Shown in pieces: positions 48,188-58,389 of a stretch of DNA of 64,000 nt (position 1 is the stretch's first letter; the number at the start of each line of letters is the position of its first letter). The DNA comes from Spirochaetia bacterium (GTDB taxonomy: Bacteria > Spirochaetota > Spirochaetia > SZUA-6 > Bin103). The notes below the pieces were generated by a model that saw only the letters and a list, made by a program, of their open reading frames with translations, searched no databases and was not told the DNA's origin. The translations under genes were made by a program, and so were the position numbers. Location: contig CBDBOV010000003.1 in assembly GCA_965208575.1 (NCBI GenBank), positions 288,001 to 352,000 of the forward strand. The letters are read 5' to 3'.

Positions 48188-49231
48188 CTAGCGAATCTTG
48201 ATCAGGGCGACGATGAACACCATGGTGATCATCGCCTGCAGCAGCGTGAAGCGGACCAGCACCTGGCTCGCCGACCAACCGGCGCGGTGGCGCAGGTGGT
48301 CGTGCAGCGGGAAGCGGACGTTGTGCAGGATGCTGATCTTGAAAAAGCGCAGCAGGGCGACTTTCAGCAGCCCGGTGCCGCCGTTCACCAGCAGTACCCC
48401 CGACACGATCAGCAGCATGAACGGATTGCCGCTCTTGATCACCAGGATGCCGAGCAGCAACCCGACCGCCCGCGAGCCGGCATCCCCCATCAGCAACTCG
48501 CTGGGATGTGCGTTGTACCACAGGTAGCCGAGCAGGCAGCCGAGCATGGCGAACGCGCTGATCGCCCAGGTGGCGCCGTCGGCGTAGTGGGGCAGCAGCA
48601 GGTAGGCGGCGACATCGTCGTGCCCGACCACGAAATAGAGGAGTCCTCCCAGGGTGATCAGCGCGATCACGGCCAGGCTGCCGGACAACCCGTCGACGCC
48701 GTCCGTACAGTTGGTGGCGTTGATGGCGACCCACAGCAGCACGGTGGCCACCGGAATGCAGATCCAGGGCGAAATCACCAACGGCGCGGTAACGAACGGC
48801 AGCCACACCTCGGTCGGGCCGGAGCCGCACAACACGACGGCGGTCAGCAGCGCCACCGCGAAGTCGATCGCGCCGAGCCAGTATTCCGACAGATCGGTGC
48901 GGTCGTCGAGCGATCCGGCGGCCATTGCCAGCGTCACCATGGCCAGAACGAGCAGGTGGTGGACATCCCACGGCACCGTGATCAGCGCCACCACCAGGTA
49001 GACGACCACGAATACGGCCCCGGCGCTGGTCGGCTTGCCGCGCGCCGCCTCGGTGTCCACGGCGAACTCCCGCCCGCGGTCGCGGGGCAGGCGCGACGCC
49101 ACCGCGGGCAGCAGCCGCCAGGTCACCAGGCCGGACAGGACGATTGCCGCGCCGGCCAGAAAGATGTGCGACGTGAACAGGCGAAATGGGCCGTAGAGGG
49201 GTTGCAGCACCTCGCCGAGGAGGAAGAGCAC
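48188..49231 (-). CDS. mraY: Phospho-N-acetylmuramoyl-pentapeptide transferase (MraY-like)
   Basis: GKPTSAG, GSLDD, NATNCTDGVDGL, LWYNAHPS..MGDAGS, FPLHDH. Confidence 0.8.
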   Translation of the reverse strand: MLFLLGEVLQPLYGPFRLFTSHIFLAGAAIVLSGLVTWRLLPAVASRLPRDRGREFAVDTEAARGKPTSAGAVFVVVYLVVALITVPWDVHHLLVLAMVTLAMAAGSLDDRTDLSEYWLGAIDFAVALLTAVVLCGSGPTEVWLPFVTAPLVISPWICIPVATVLLWVAINATNCTDGVDGLSGSLAVIALITLGGLLYFVVGHDDVAAYLLLPHYADGATWAISAFAMLGCLLGYLWYNAHPSELLMGDAGSRAVGLLLGILVIKSGNPFMLLIVSGVLLVNGGTGLLKVALLRFFKISILHNVRFPLHDHLRHRAGWSASQVLVRFTLLQAMITMVFIVALIKIR

Positions 49232-49279
49232 TCGCGCAAAGCGTAGCGCGCCGCTTGGGCCGCGGTCAAGGCGAGCAGC

Positions 49280-49500
49280 GCCATTGCCGGGCTAAACGGC
49301 CTCGGCAGCTCGCTGATCTACTCCGCGAGCAAGGCGGCGGTGATGAAACCTGACCCGCGGCATGGCGCACAGCCAGGCGCCGGAGGTGCAGGTCAACTGC
49401 GTGGTGCCGGGCCTGGTGGAGACGCGCTGGATCGCCACCGTGAGCGAGGAGCACGCCCGCCGGGTGGTGCAGCCGCAAGACGCGGTGTACGAGTTGTTCC
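49280..49500 (+). pseudogene. Short-chain dehydrogenase/reductase fragment
   Basis: GSSLIYSASKAAV (YxxxK), then frameshifted APEVQVNCVVPGLVETRW. Confidence 0.75.
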
Positions 49501-50088
49501 CGCTCCGCGCCGTGCAGGTGATCGTACGATTTCGAGGGGCGCGCTCGGGCATGTCGGGATCCAGCTCGATTATACGCGCAACCGCGGGCCGGGCGAATGG
49601 GGCGATGCTGATCGGATGCCGCATGGCGGGTTTCAAGTTGTGCCGGGAGGCCTCGGCACGGGATTTCGGGACGCCGGAGGGTGCGAATGCAAAGGCGTGG
49701 TGGCGGTCGACGAAATCGGCACGCACCGGTCTCACCCCATCGCTCCGGTCGGCACGGCAGCAGATGGGGACGGGGCGGGCTGCCGCGGGCGCCGGTGTCG
49801 TGAGGGCCCCACGTACCGGGCGGGTCGGACAAATCGTTGCGGCGTGGGGTGGGTTCCTGCGTGCCGCAGTGGCCGGCGTTCGTCCTGCACAAAACTGCAG
49901 AAAATCGGGCGCAGGGGTTGACGCACTTTTCTGCTGCCGCTGAAGGCCCCTGGCGGGCCGTGAAGTCCGCCAATGGTGTGCGACCGTCAAGTGGCTGACC
50001 GCGTGCCCCTGGAGCCGCCAATTCGCGCCCCACGGGCGTTGCCGGTACCGGGTCGAGGACCTGCACGAAAGTGCTATCTACAGGCTAG

Positions 50089-50103
50089 TATTATATTTAA
50101 GGC
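50089..50103 (+). promoter_or_regulatory. Candidate -10 element for a leaderless HNH transcript
   Basis: AT-rich TATTATATTTAA; TATATT lies 6 nt before ATG 50104; no Shine-Dalgarno. Confidence 0.4.
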
Positions 50104-53100
50104 ATGATAGACGTGACCGGCGGGACCGGCAGACGACCCTTCAGCTCACTCGGTGATCAGCAGCTCCTGGAGCAGACCAGGCGCCTGGCGGCCAACCAGC
50201 GCGGGCTCGAAGTGCACATCCTGGACCATCTCGACGAGATCGACCGTCGCGGGCTGGCGCTGCGGCGCGGGTTCTCGAGCCTGTTCGACTACGCGGTGCG
50301 GGAGTTGCGGTTCACCGATGCGGCGGCGCAGCGGCGTATTCAGACCATGAGGTTGTGCCGGCGGCATGGCTGGGTGCGGGCCATGCTGCACAGCGGCGAG
50401 CTGAGTGTGACGTCGGCGGCGCAGTTGGAGACCGCGTTTGGGGCGGCCGAGCGCCAGTGCCGGAGAGCGAGCGCGCCCGTCGATGAGGAGCGCTGCCAAG
50501 GTCTGCATGGGCTGCCTGCTGCGCCGAGCGCAGCGGGTGCCCAGGATGCCGAAGCGTCGGGAGCGGGGATGGCCGGTGCCGCGGCGATGACGGCATCGCC
50601 GCGGCCCGGCGTGGCCGCCGTCGACCAGGAGGCGGGGGCGCTCGGTGACGCCGGGGGCCGCGAGGACCCGTATAACGGGAACGACGGCTGCGGGCGACCG
50701 CCGGACGAGCCGGTGGCGGGGTCGCTCGGTGCCGCCGGAGGCCACGGGGACCGGCATGCGGTGAGCGACCGTTGTAGGCCATCGTCGGACGAGCCGGCGG
50801 CCGTCGGCGCCCGCCCGGCAGCGGCGGGTGCGCAGCCGGTGGGCCGATTGGATTCGAGTGCCGCCACCTCGGGCGCTGCGCCGGCTTCGACGGCCGCAAC
50901 GCTGCACGCGCCACCGCCTGCGGTGCCGGGGCGTGTACCGCGGCCCGGGATCGCGGGCAACGCGGCGGCGGCCACGCCGGTGGTGCCGGTGGCGAGCCAC
51001 GCGGCTGCGCAGCACCGCGGCGCCCGGCATGCCGATGCGCTGCCGGCGCGGCGGGTGTCGAGCGGAGCCGCCTGGCACTGTCCGGCACCGTTGCACGCTC
51101 CCGGTCCCGCCGTGGCCTCCTCGGACCAAGGCCCGGCCGCGCCAATTCCACCGCCGGCGAGTGGCGCCGAGCCGGTCCCGTTGCCGGTCGTGGCCCCATC
51201 GGAGCCGCGGCGCACCGCTGCGCTCGCACCGGCGCCGTTGCGGGGTGATCGGAACCCGGAACTTTGTTCCAACCCGGACCCGTGTGCCAGCCCGGAGCGG
51301 TCCGCCGGGCCGGTGTCGGCCGCCGCGCTGCTGCACCCGCGGCGCCAGCGCGAGCTGATCGAGCAGGCCGCCGGCATGAGCACGCGCCAGGTCGCCGGCC
51401 TGCTGGCCAGTGCCGCTCCGCAGGTGGCGCCGCCGCGCGACACGCTGCGTGCGGTGGCGCCGGACCGCTACACGTTGAAGGTGAGCATCGACCAGGAGTG
51501 CGAGCAGGGACTGCGCCAACTGAAGAACTGGCTGTCGCACGTCGACCCGCGCATGTCGTGGGGGGACCTGGTGGCGCGGCTGGTGCGCGAGGCGGTGGCG
51601 CGGCACGACCCGCGGGGCGGCGGTGGCAGGCGGGGGCGTACGGGCGGCGCGGCAGCATCGCCGCGGTGGGAGCGGATCCGCACACCCTCGATCGTGGCGG
51701 CGGACGCGGGCGCCGGCGAGCAGCCGCGGGCCGCGACGTCCCCCAACGCTGCCGGGGTGCGCGGCGTTGCGCCCGCCGCCCCTGCGGGCGGTGCGCGGGC
51801 AGTTGGCACCCGCGCAGGCGGCGCTGCTTCGGCCCCGCCCGCCGTTGCTGCGGCGCCGGAGGGTCAGAGCGCCGGCGGCGGCCCTGCCGGCGGCGCTGGT
51901 GCCACGCCGATCCGGCCGGCCGCGGCTGCGGCGCTGATGTTGGCCGGCGGCGGCTCCGCCGGCGGCGCTGGTGCCACGCCGATCCGGCCGGCCGCGACTG
52001 CGGCGCTGAAGTTGGTCGGCGGCGGCTCCGCTGACGGCACTGGTGCCACGCCGATCCGGCCGGCCGCGACTGCGGCGCCGAAGTTGGCCGGCGGCGGCTC
52101 CGCCGGCGGCGCTGGTGCCACGCCGATCCGGCCGGCCGCGACTGCGGCGCTGAAGTTGGTCGGCGGCGGCTCCGCTGACGGCACTGGTGCCACGCCGATC
52201 CGACGGGGCACGACTGCGGCGCCGAAGTTGGTCCGCGGCGGCCCCGCCGACGGCGCTGGTGCCACGCGGATCCGGCCGGCCGCGACTGTGGCGCCGATGT
52301 TGGCCGGTGGCGGCTCCGCTGACGGCACTGGTGCCACGCCGATCCGACGGGGCACGACTGCGGCGCCGAAGTTGGCCGGCGGCGACCCCGTCGATGGCGC
52401 TGATGCCACGCGGATCCGGCCGGCCGCGACTGTGGCGCCGATGTTGGCCGGCGGCGCCTCCGCTGACGGCACTGATGCCACGCCGATCCGGCAGGGCACG
52501 ACTGCGGCGCCGAAGTTGGCCGGCGGCGACCCCGTCGATGGCGCTGATGCCACGCGGATCCGGCCGGCCGCGACTGTGGCGCCGATGTTGGCCGGCGGCG
52601 CCTCCGCTGACGGCACTGATGCCACGCCGATCCGGCAGGGCACGACTGCGGCGCCGAAGTTGGTCCGCGGCGACCCCGTCGATGGCGCTGATGCCACGCG
52701 GATCCGGCCGGCTACCACTGCGGCGCCGAAGTTGGCCGGCGGCGGTTCCGCTGACGGCACTGATGCCATGCCGATCCGGCGGGGCACGACTGCGGCGCCG
52801 ATGTTGGCCGGCGGCGTGTGGTCTGCGCGTGGTGCGGGCGGCACGCCGGGGGGAGCGTCGCCGCGGTGCACCCGCGATGTTCCGCTCGGCCCGCGCCGGT
52901 CGCCGCCGCGGCGCTCCATTCCGGCGGCTGTCCGGCGTCACGTCTGGCTGCGCGACGGGGGGCGCTGCCGTTATCGGGATCCGCTCACCGGTCGCCGCTG
53001 CAATTCGTCCCACCTGCTACAGATCCACCACCTGCTGCCGGTTGCCGACGGGGGCGGCCCGGAGCCCGAGAACCTGGCTCTTGCGTGCCTGGCGCACCAC

Positions 53101-53151
53101 CGCATGTGCCACGGCTACGGACCAGCTCCGCCGCCGGATCCGTCGCGGTAG
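50104..53151 (+). CDS. HNH endonuclease (DUF222-like N-terminus) with long low-complexity inserts
   Basis: HLDEIDRRGL..GFSSLFDYAV.EL..AAQRRI; C-terminal IPAAVRRHVWLRDGGRC..C..LQIHH..GG..NL..C..HH. Confidence 0.88.
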   Translation: MIDVTGGTGRRPFSSLGDQQLLEQTRRLAANQRGLEVHILDHLDEIDRRGLALRRGFSSLFDYAVRELRFTDAAAQRRIQTMRLCRRHGWVRAMLHSGELSVTSAAQLETAFGAAERQCRRASAPVDEERCQGLHGLPAAPSAAGAQDAEASGAGMAGAAAMTASPRPGVAAVDQEAGALGDAGGREDPYNGNDGCGRPPDEPVAGSLGAAGGHGDRHAVSDRCRPSSDEPAAVGARPAAAGAQPVGRLDSSAATSGAAPASTAATLHAPPPAVPGRVPRPGIAGNAAAATPVVPVASHAAAQHRGARHADALPARRVSSGAAWHCPAPLHAPGPAVASSDQGPAAPIPPPASGAEPVPLPVVAPSEPRRTAALAPAPLRGDRNPELCSNPDPCASPERSAGPVSAAALLHPRRQRELIEQAAGMSTRQVAGLLASAAPQVAPPRDTLRAVAPDRYTLKVSIDQECEQGLRQLKNWLSHVDPRMSWGDLVARLVREAVARHDPRGGGGRRGRTGGAAASPRWERIRTPSIVAADAGAGEQPRAATSPNAAGVRGVAPAAPAGGARAVGTRAGGAASAPPAVAAAPEGQSAGGGPAGGAGATPIRPAAAAALMLAGGGSAGGAGATPIRPAATAALKLVGGGSADGTGATPIRPAATAAPKLAGGGSAGGAGATPIRPAATAALKLVGGGSADGTGATPIRRGTTAAPKLVRGGPADGAGATRIRPAATVAPMLAGGGSADGTGATPIRRGTTAAPKLAGGDPVDGADATRIRPAATVAPMLAGGASADGTDATPIRQGTTAAPKLAGGDPVDGADATRIRPAATVAPMLAGGASADGTDATPIRQGTTAAPKLVRGDPVDGADATRIRPATTAAPKLAGGGSADGTDAMPIRRGTTAAPMLAGGVWSARGAGGTPGGASPRCTRDVPLGPRRSPPRRSIPAAVRRHVWLRDGGRCRYRDPLTGRRCNSSHLLQIHHLLPVADGGGPEPENLALACLAHHRMCHGYGPAPPPDPSR
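51874..52809 (+). repeat. 13 x 72-bp in-frame tandem repeat within the HNH gene
   Basis: 24-aa unit like GGGSADGTGATPIRPAATAAPKLA; near-palindromic core ACTGCGGCGCCGAAGT; alternating 144-bp higher-order pattern. Confidence 0.95.
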
Positions 53152-53421
53152 CGCCAGCTTCACGCCGTGGCCGCGTGCGGAGTTGGCCGCCCGTCGCGCG
53201 CTCCGGCAAGCGGTCTGTCGTCGATCCCGGCCATGCGAATGCTGCCGTTTCCGGCGTTCGGACCCACGCCGGAAGGCAACTTGAGCGGGCTGCGCCGGGG
53301 GCGGTAGGGTCGGCGGCGCGTGATGAGGTACCAACCGCTGCCGCTGGCAGAGCGCATTACCGTTCACGGGGCGCGGGTGGACCCCGGCGCTCCGCCCGAC
53401 GGTCTGCGGACGCTGGAAGAG

Positions 53422-54005
53422 GGTTGCTGTCGGTGGCGGGAGTGAGGGGGCAGGTGATCTACCGCGCGCCGGGATCGCTGTTCGAGACCCGCGCCACGGT
53501 CACGCCCGGCGGTGACTACCTGCTGACGTTCCCGACCGACAGCGCCGGCCACGACCCGGCCGAGGGCCACTGCCACTATGGGCGCGCGGACCGCAAGGTC
53601 AACGACCTGGTGGCGTTCCGTTCATCCGACGGCGGCGAGAGCTGGCACGGCCCGCGCGTCGCCTTCGCCATCGACTACAACCAGCACGGTTTCGTACCGT
53701 TCATTCCGCGCGGCGGCAGCCTTCTCCATGCGTTCGGGACGCAGCCGATCTGGGACCGCTACCGGCGCGACCGGGGGCGGCGGGAGAACGCACCGATCGG
53801 CTACCGGCGGTCGCACGACGACGGGCACACCTGGGGCGATGTACGGCTGATCGAGCCGGACGACGACGCGGGATTCACCGGCATGTCGGTGATGCGCATG
53901 TGCGAGACCGAGGCGGGGAGCTGGCTGATCGGCTCGCACGAGGCGGACTGGAGCCACCGGCCGCTGCAGACGCGCCAGTACGTGTTGCGCAGCGAGGATG
54001 AGGGC
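53422..54005 (+). pseudogene. Sialidase/BNR (Asp-box) protein fragment
   Basis: RSSDGGESW, RSHDDGHTW; breaks at RSEDEG; no clear start. Confidence 0.8.
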
Positions 54006-54217
54006 GCATTACCCGGCTTTGGGTGCCCGAAGGCGGCGCGGCGCCGTATGACGGGGTTGTTGCGAGCCTTCGCGCCGGTGCTCGACCGCATCACCGTGCC
54101 GTCCGCCACGCGGGCCCGCGCACCGCTTCCTGCATTCCGTTCGCCAGTTATGAAATAGACACCTTTCTAACGGTAATCGATACGTCCATCATACTTTCGT
54201 TGAGTACCTTCGTGGCA

Positions 54218-57200
54218 ATGACGACGACGAGATACAGCACGACAGTTGTACGGAGGACATCCGCCGCGCTCGCCTTGCTACTGATAATTTTGACAGCGGC
54301 GGAGACCGCACAGGCGCAGACCTCGGTCAAGCTGGTCGGCAACACCGGGCAATCAAACGATAGCAATAGCAGTTTTCGAACCGATTACGACGACGCCGGC
54401 GGGTTCACCACCGGCCGCAATAGTGAGGGCTACAAGCTGACCAGCGTGGACCTCGGAGTTTTGCTGGCTGCCCCATTAGGAACGACGGAGCCGCAGTATA
54501 CGGTGAGCATCTGGTCGTCGAACTCGAGTGGCCATCCGGGCAGCAATCTGGGTACGCTCACGAACCCGGCCTCCCTGGTTCAGGGGACCAACTCGTTCGC
54601 CGCCGCCACGGGCATCGATCTGGACGCCCAGACAACCTACTGGGTGGTGGTGGACACAACCGCCGTGGGGGACAGACAATCTCAACTCCGTAGGACAGTC
54701 GCGAACGCGGAGGATGCGGGTGCGGCGACGGGTTGGAGCATTGCGGACGCTGGCCTTCAAAAACACATGAGCGACAGTTGGACTGAAGATGAATTAGGGC
54801 ATTCCACTCAGTTCGCCGTCCACGGCCACGCGAAGGACGAATCCGCGCCGACGCTGGTCGGCGGCACGATTCGCGGGCAAACCGTGAAGCTGTACTTCAG
54901 CGAGCTCCTGAAGACGGCGGGGGGCCCGGCTGCGGGCCAGTTCACGGTCACCGGCAATCCCACCAACCTGGGGGCGGTCACCAGCGCCACGATCGACACG
55001 TCCGAGAGCAACATCATTACCCTGATGGTGACTAATGCCTCGGCCGCGGCCGATACGGTCACGGTCACCATCCCCACCACCACCGGCATCGAGGACCTCG
55101 CCGGCAATTCCCTCGCGGCAATCACGACGGCGTTCACGCTGACCAACATCAACCCCGACGATCCCGGCGCCCCGCTCCTTACCGCCGCGTCGGTCAACGC
55201 GAGAACGCTGACGCTGACCTACAACCAGAAGCTGCTGCCGAGATATCCGCCCGCCGCGGACTTCACCGTCTCGGCGAGCACGACGAGCGTGAGCGTGGAC
55301 AAGGTCGCCCTCACCCCCGGCTCGACGAGTTCGACCGTGGCGCTGGCTCTGAGCCTGCCGGTGAAGCACGGCGAGACGGTGACGGTAAGCTACAGCAAGG
55401 CCACGAAGCCGCGGCTCCAGAACGAGTGGGGCAGTCAGGTGACCGCGCTTTCCATCCGTGCGGTGACCAACGCCACCGACCCGCCCGTGGTCTTGATCAA
55501 GTCCGCTGGAGACGGGCAGCCAATAGAAGAAGGCCAGCTTGCGAGCTTCTCATTGAACATAGACCCGGTGCCGGTGTCGGAGGTCCAGGTCGAGGTGACG
55601 ATTTCGCAGACGGGCACCTTCGTGGCAAGCGAGCACCTGGGTGCGAGGACCGTGAGCATGCCGACCACCCAGTCTCACATCTTCAATGTGCCCACGGTAC
55701 ACAACGGGGCGGATCAGGCGGACGGGGCGGTGACGGCGACGCTTGTCGCGGGTACCGGCTACACCGTGCACGCGACGAAGAACGCCTTCACCACGGTGGT
55801 GCGCGACATCGACGCGAGCCCGCCCGCGCCTCCGGCGCCACCGTCACCGTCACCGTCGCGCGGCAGCGCGCCGGCGGCTTCGGCGGGCGCGGACGTGGAG
55901 GTCGACCCGGGGGCTTCGGTGACGCTGAACGCCTCGCGGAGCTCGGACCCGGACGGTGACGCGCTGGCCTACGCGTGGGAGCAGGTCTCGGGCGCGGCGG
56001 TGACGCTTTCCGGTGCGAACACGGCGCGGGCTGCGTTCACGGCTCCGGCCGCGCCCGGCGCGCTGGAGTTCCGCCTCACGGTGACGGACCCGGGCGGGTT
56101 GTCGGACAGCGACGTGGTGACGGTGACGGTGCGCGACCTGGCGCCGAGCTTCGGCGATGCGGCGGTCGCCGCGCTGGTGCTGGTGTCGGGCGAGGCGATG
56201 GCGCCGGTGGTGCTGCCGGAGGCGGCGGGGGGCAACGGGGCGCTCTCCTACAGCTTGACCTCCGAGCCGACGGGGCTTGCGGGGCTCAACTTCGACGCGG
56301 CGGCGCGGCGGCTGTCGGGCAGGCCGGGGACGGAGGGGAGCTGGGTCTTTACCTGGCGGGCGCACGACGCGGACGCAAACCGGGCGGACGCGGACGCGGC
56401 GACCCTGACCTTCCGGGTTACGGTGGATGACTCGGGCGCTGCGATGGTAAAGCACACGGTGCGGCGCACGCTGTCGGCGGTGGCGGGGCGGGCGCTGTCG
56501 AGCGCGCTCGACAACATCGGGGCGCGCATCGAGACCTCGGTGCCGGCGAGCGGTCTGACGCTGGCCGGGGAGACGTTGCCGCTCGGCCTGCCCGCGGCGC
56601 GCCTCGCGGGTGCGTGTGCGCCGGACGCGCGCGGCCGCCACGGGTTCGGGACCACGTTCGGGCAGGCCGGCTTCGGCGCGGCGCGCGACGGCTGCGCGCC
56701 CGACGCGCGGGGCCGGAGCGTCGCGGCGGCGGAGCTGCTGCACGCGAGCGCGTTCTCGCTGACGCCGGGCGCGGCGCAGGCGGCGCCGTCGGCGCTACTG
56801 TGGTCGGTATGGGCCCGCGGCGACCTTGGCACGTTCGCGGGCCGCCCGGAGCCGGGGATACGCTACGAGGGCGAGCTGCGCACGGGCTGGCTCGGGATGG
56901 ACGTGCGCGCGGGCGCGTGGGTGGCGGGGCTTGCGGTGAGCCACGGCACGGGCGAGGCGGACTACCGCTTCGAAGAGCGGGGCATGTCCCGGCGCGGCCG
57001 GCTGCAGACGTCGCTGACCGCGCTCTACCCCTATGCAAGCTGGACCGTGGTGGACGGCCTGGAGCTGCGCGGCGTACTCGGCGCCGGGCTCGGCGAGGCC
57101 GTGCATCGCCTGGACGGCGACGAGCGCGAGACGAGCGAGCTCTCGATACAGATGGTGTCGCTGGGCCTGCGCCACGAGCTGCCCGCGCTGGCGCGGATCG

Positions 57201-57896
57201 ACCTCGCGGCGCGGGCCGACGCGAGCCTCGCGCGGATGGCGACCGGAGACGGCCCGGACTACGTCGACGGCGTGACCGCCACTACTTGGCGCTTGCGAGC
57301 CGGGCTCGAGGCCTCGCGGCGCTTTGCGCTGGGCGGCGACACCGCGCTCGCGCCGGTTCGTCGAGGCGGCCGGGCGGCACGACGGCGGCGACAGCATCAC
57401 CGGCAGCGGCCTCGAAATGGCGGGCGGGCTGCGCTTCATGACGCCGCGTCTGCAGATGGAGGCGCGCGGGCGCTGGCTCGCGTTGCACTCGGAGGAAGGC
57501 GCGGAGGAGCGCGGCGTGAGCGCGACCGTGCGCATGGCGCCCGGGGCGCACGGGCGCGGGCTGTCGCTGTCCCTGAGCCCGCGCTGGGGCGCGGGAACCG
57601 GCGGCGCGGAGGCGCTGTGGCGGGACCAACTGCCGCAATCGCCCGGAACCCCGGAAGGCGATGCCGCCGCGCTCGACGCGCAGATCGGCTATGGTGTGGG
57701 TCTCACTCCGCACGGGCTGCTGACGCCGTTCGCCGAGACCGGGCTCGCCGGCGCGGACCGCTGGCGGCTCAGGCTCGGCGCCCGGTTCGACGCCTCGCAC
57801 CTGGATCTCGGCGTCGAGGTCGCGGGCGAGCGCGTCGAGAGCGGCGCGGCCGAGCCCAAGCACGCGCTCAGGTTCGACCTCAGGCTGCGGTTCTGA
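54218..57896 (+). pseudogene. Large autotransporter/adhesin (Ig-like, SwmB-like, Calx-beta/PKD-like domains, beta-barrel) with a +1 frameshift at ~57355
   Basis: Signal peptide AQA-Q, VKLVGNTGQ, SSDPDGDALAYAWEQVSG, barrel motifs; GCGCCGGTTCGTCGAG has one extra G relative to A-P-F-V-E; second frame ends DLRLRF. Confidence 0.85.
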
Positions 57897-58389
57897 ACCG
57901 CGCAGCCGGCGGCGGCCGGCGCCGGGGCGGGTGAGCGGTGAGCGGGTGAGCCCGACCAGCGCAAATGCAGAAGCCGGTTGACGGGGGTTATTCCTCGTCG
58001 CGCTCGACGATGTGCAGGGCGGCGCGCGCCTGCTCCGCCTGGTCGCCTACCCCGCCGAGCCGGGCGGCGAGGTCGGCGCGCAACTCGGCGGCGAACTCCT
58101 CCAGGATGGCACGGATTTCGGCGCACAGTCCGTCCAGGCGGGAGCCGAGGTCGGAGCGCATCGCGGCGATTTCGGCGCGGATCTCGCGCAACTCGGCGAG
58201 GACGTCGCGAATCGTCGGCTGGGCGGGTTCACTTATCCGTACAGCCTACCGCGCCCGCCGGCGGTGAGGCAATGGGGCGACCGGGGCGCCGCCACCCGCC
58301 GCCGCCGGCCACCATCCGCCAGCTTGCCCGCCATGCTCACTATCGCAACAGGGTCGAAAATCCATTACTCTGACCTGTCGCCGGAGCTT

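Noticed and set aside
51874-52809. CRISPR array
   Set aside because: Units are homologous along their whole length, in frame within a gene, with no unique spacers and no cas genes.
52818-54158. 446-aa intact sialidase
   Set aside because: Only ~53422-54005 resembles a BNR protein; the flanks are unrelated read-through.
57988-58191. 67-aa coiled-coil-like ORF
   Set aside because: It may be a fragment of a small protein, but there is no RBS or family motif to support it.
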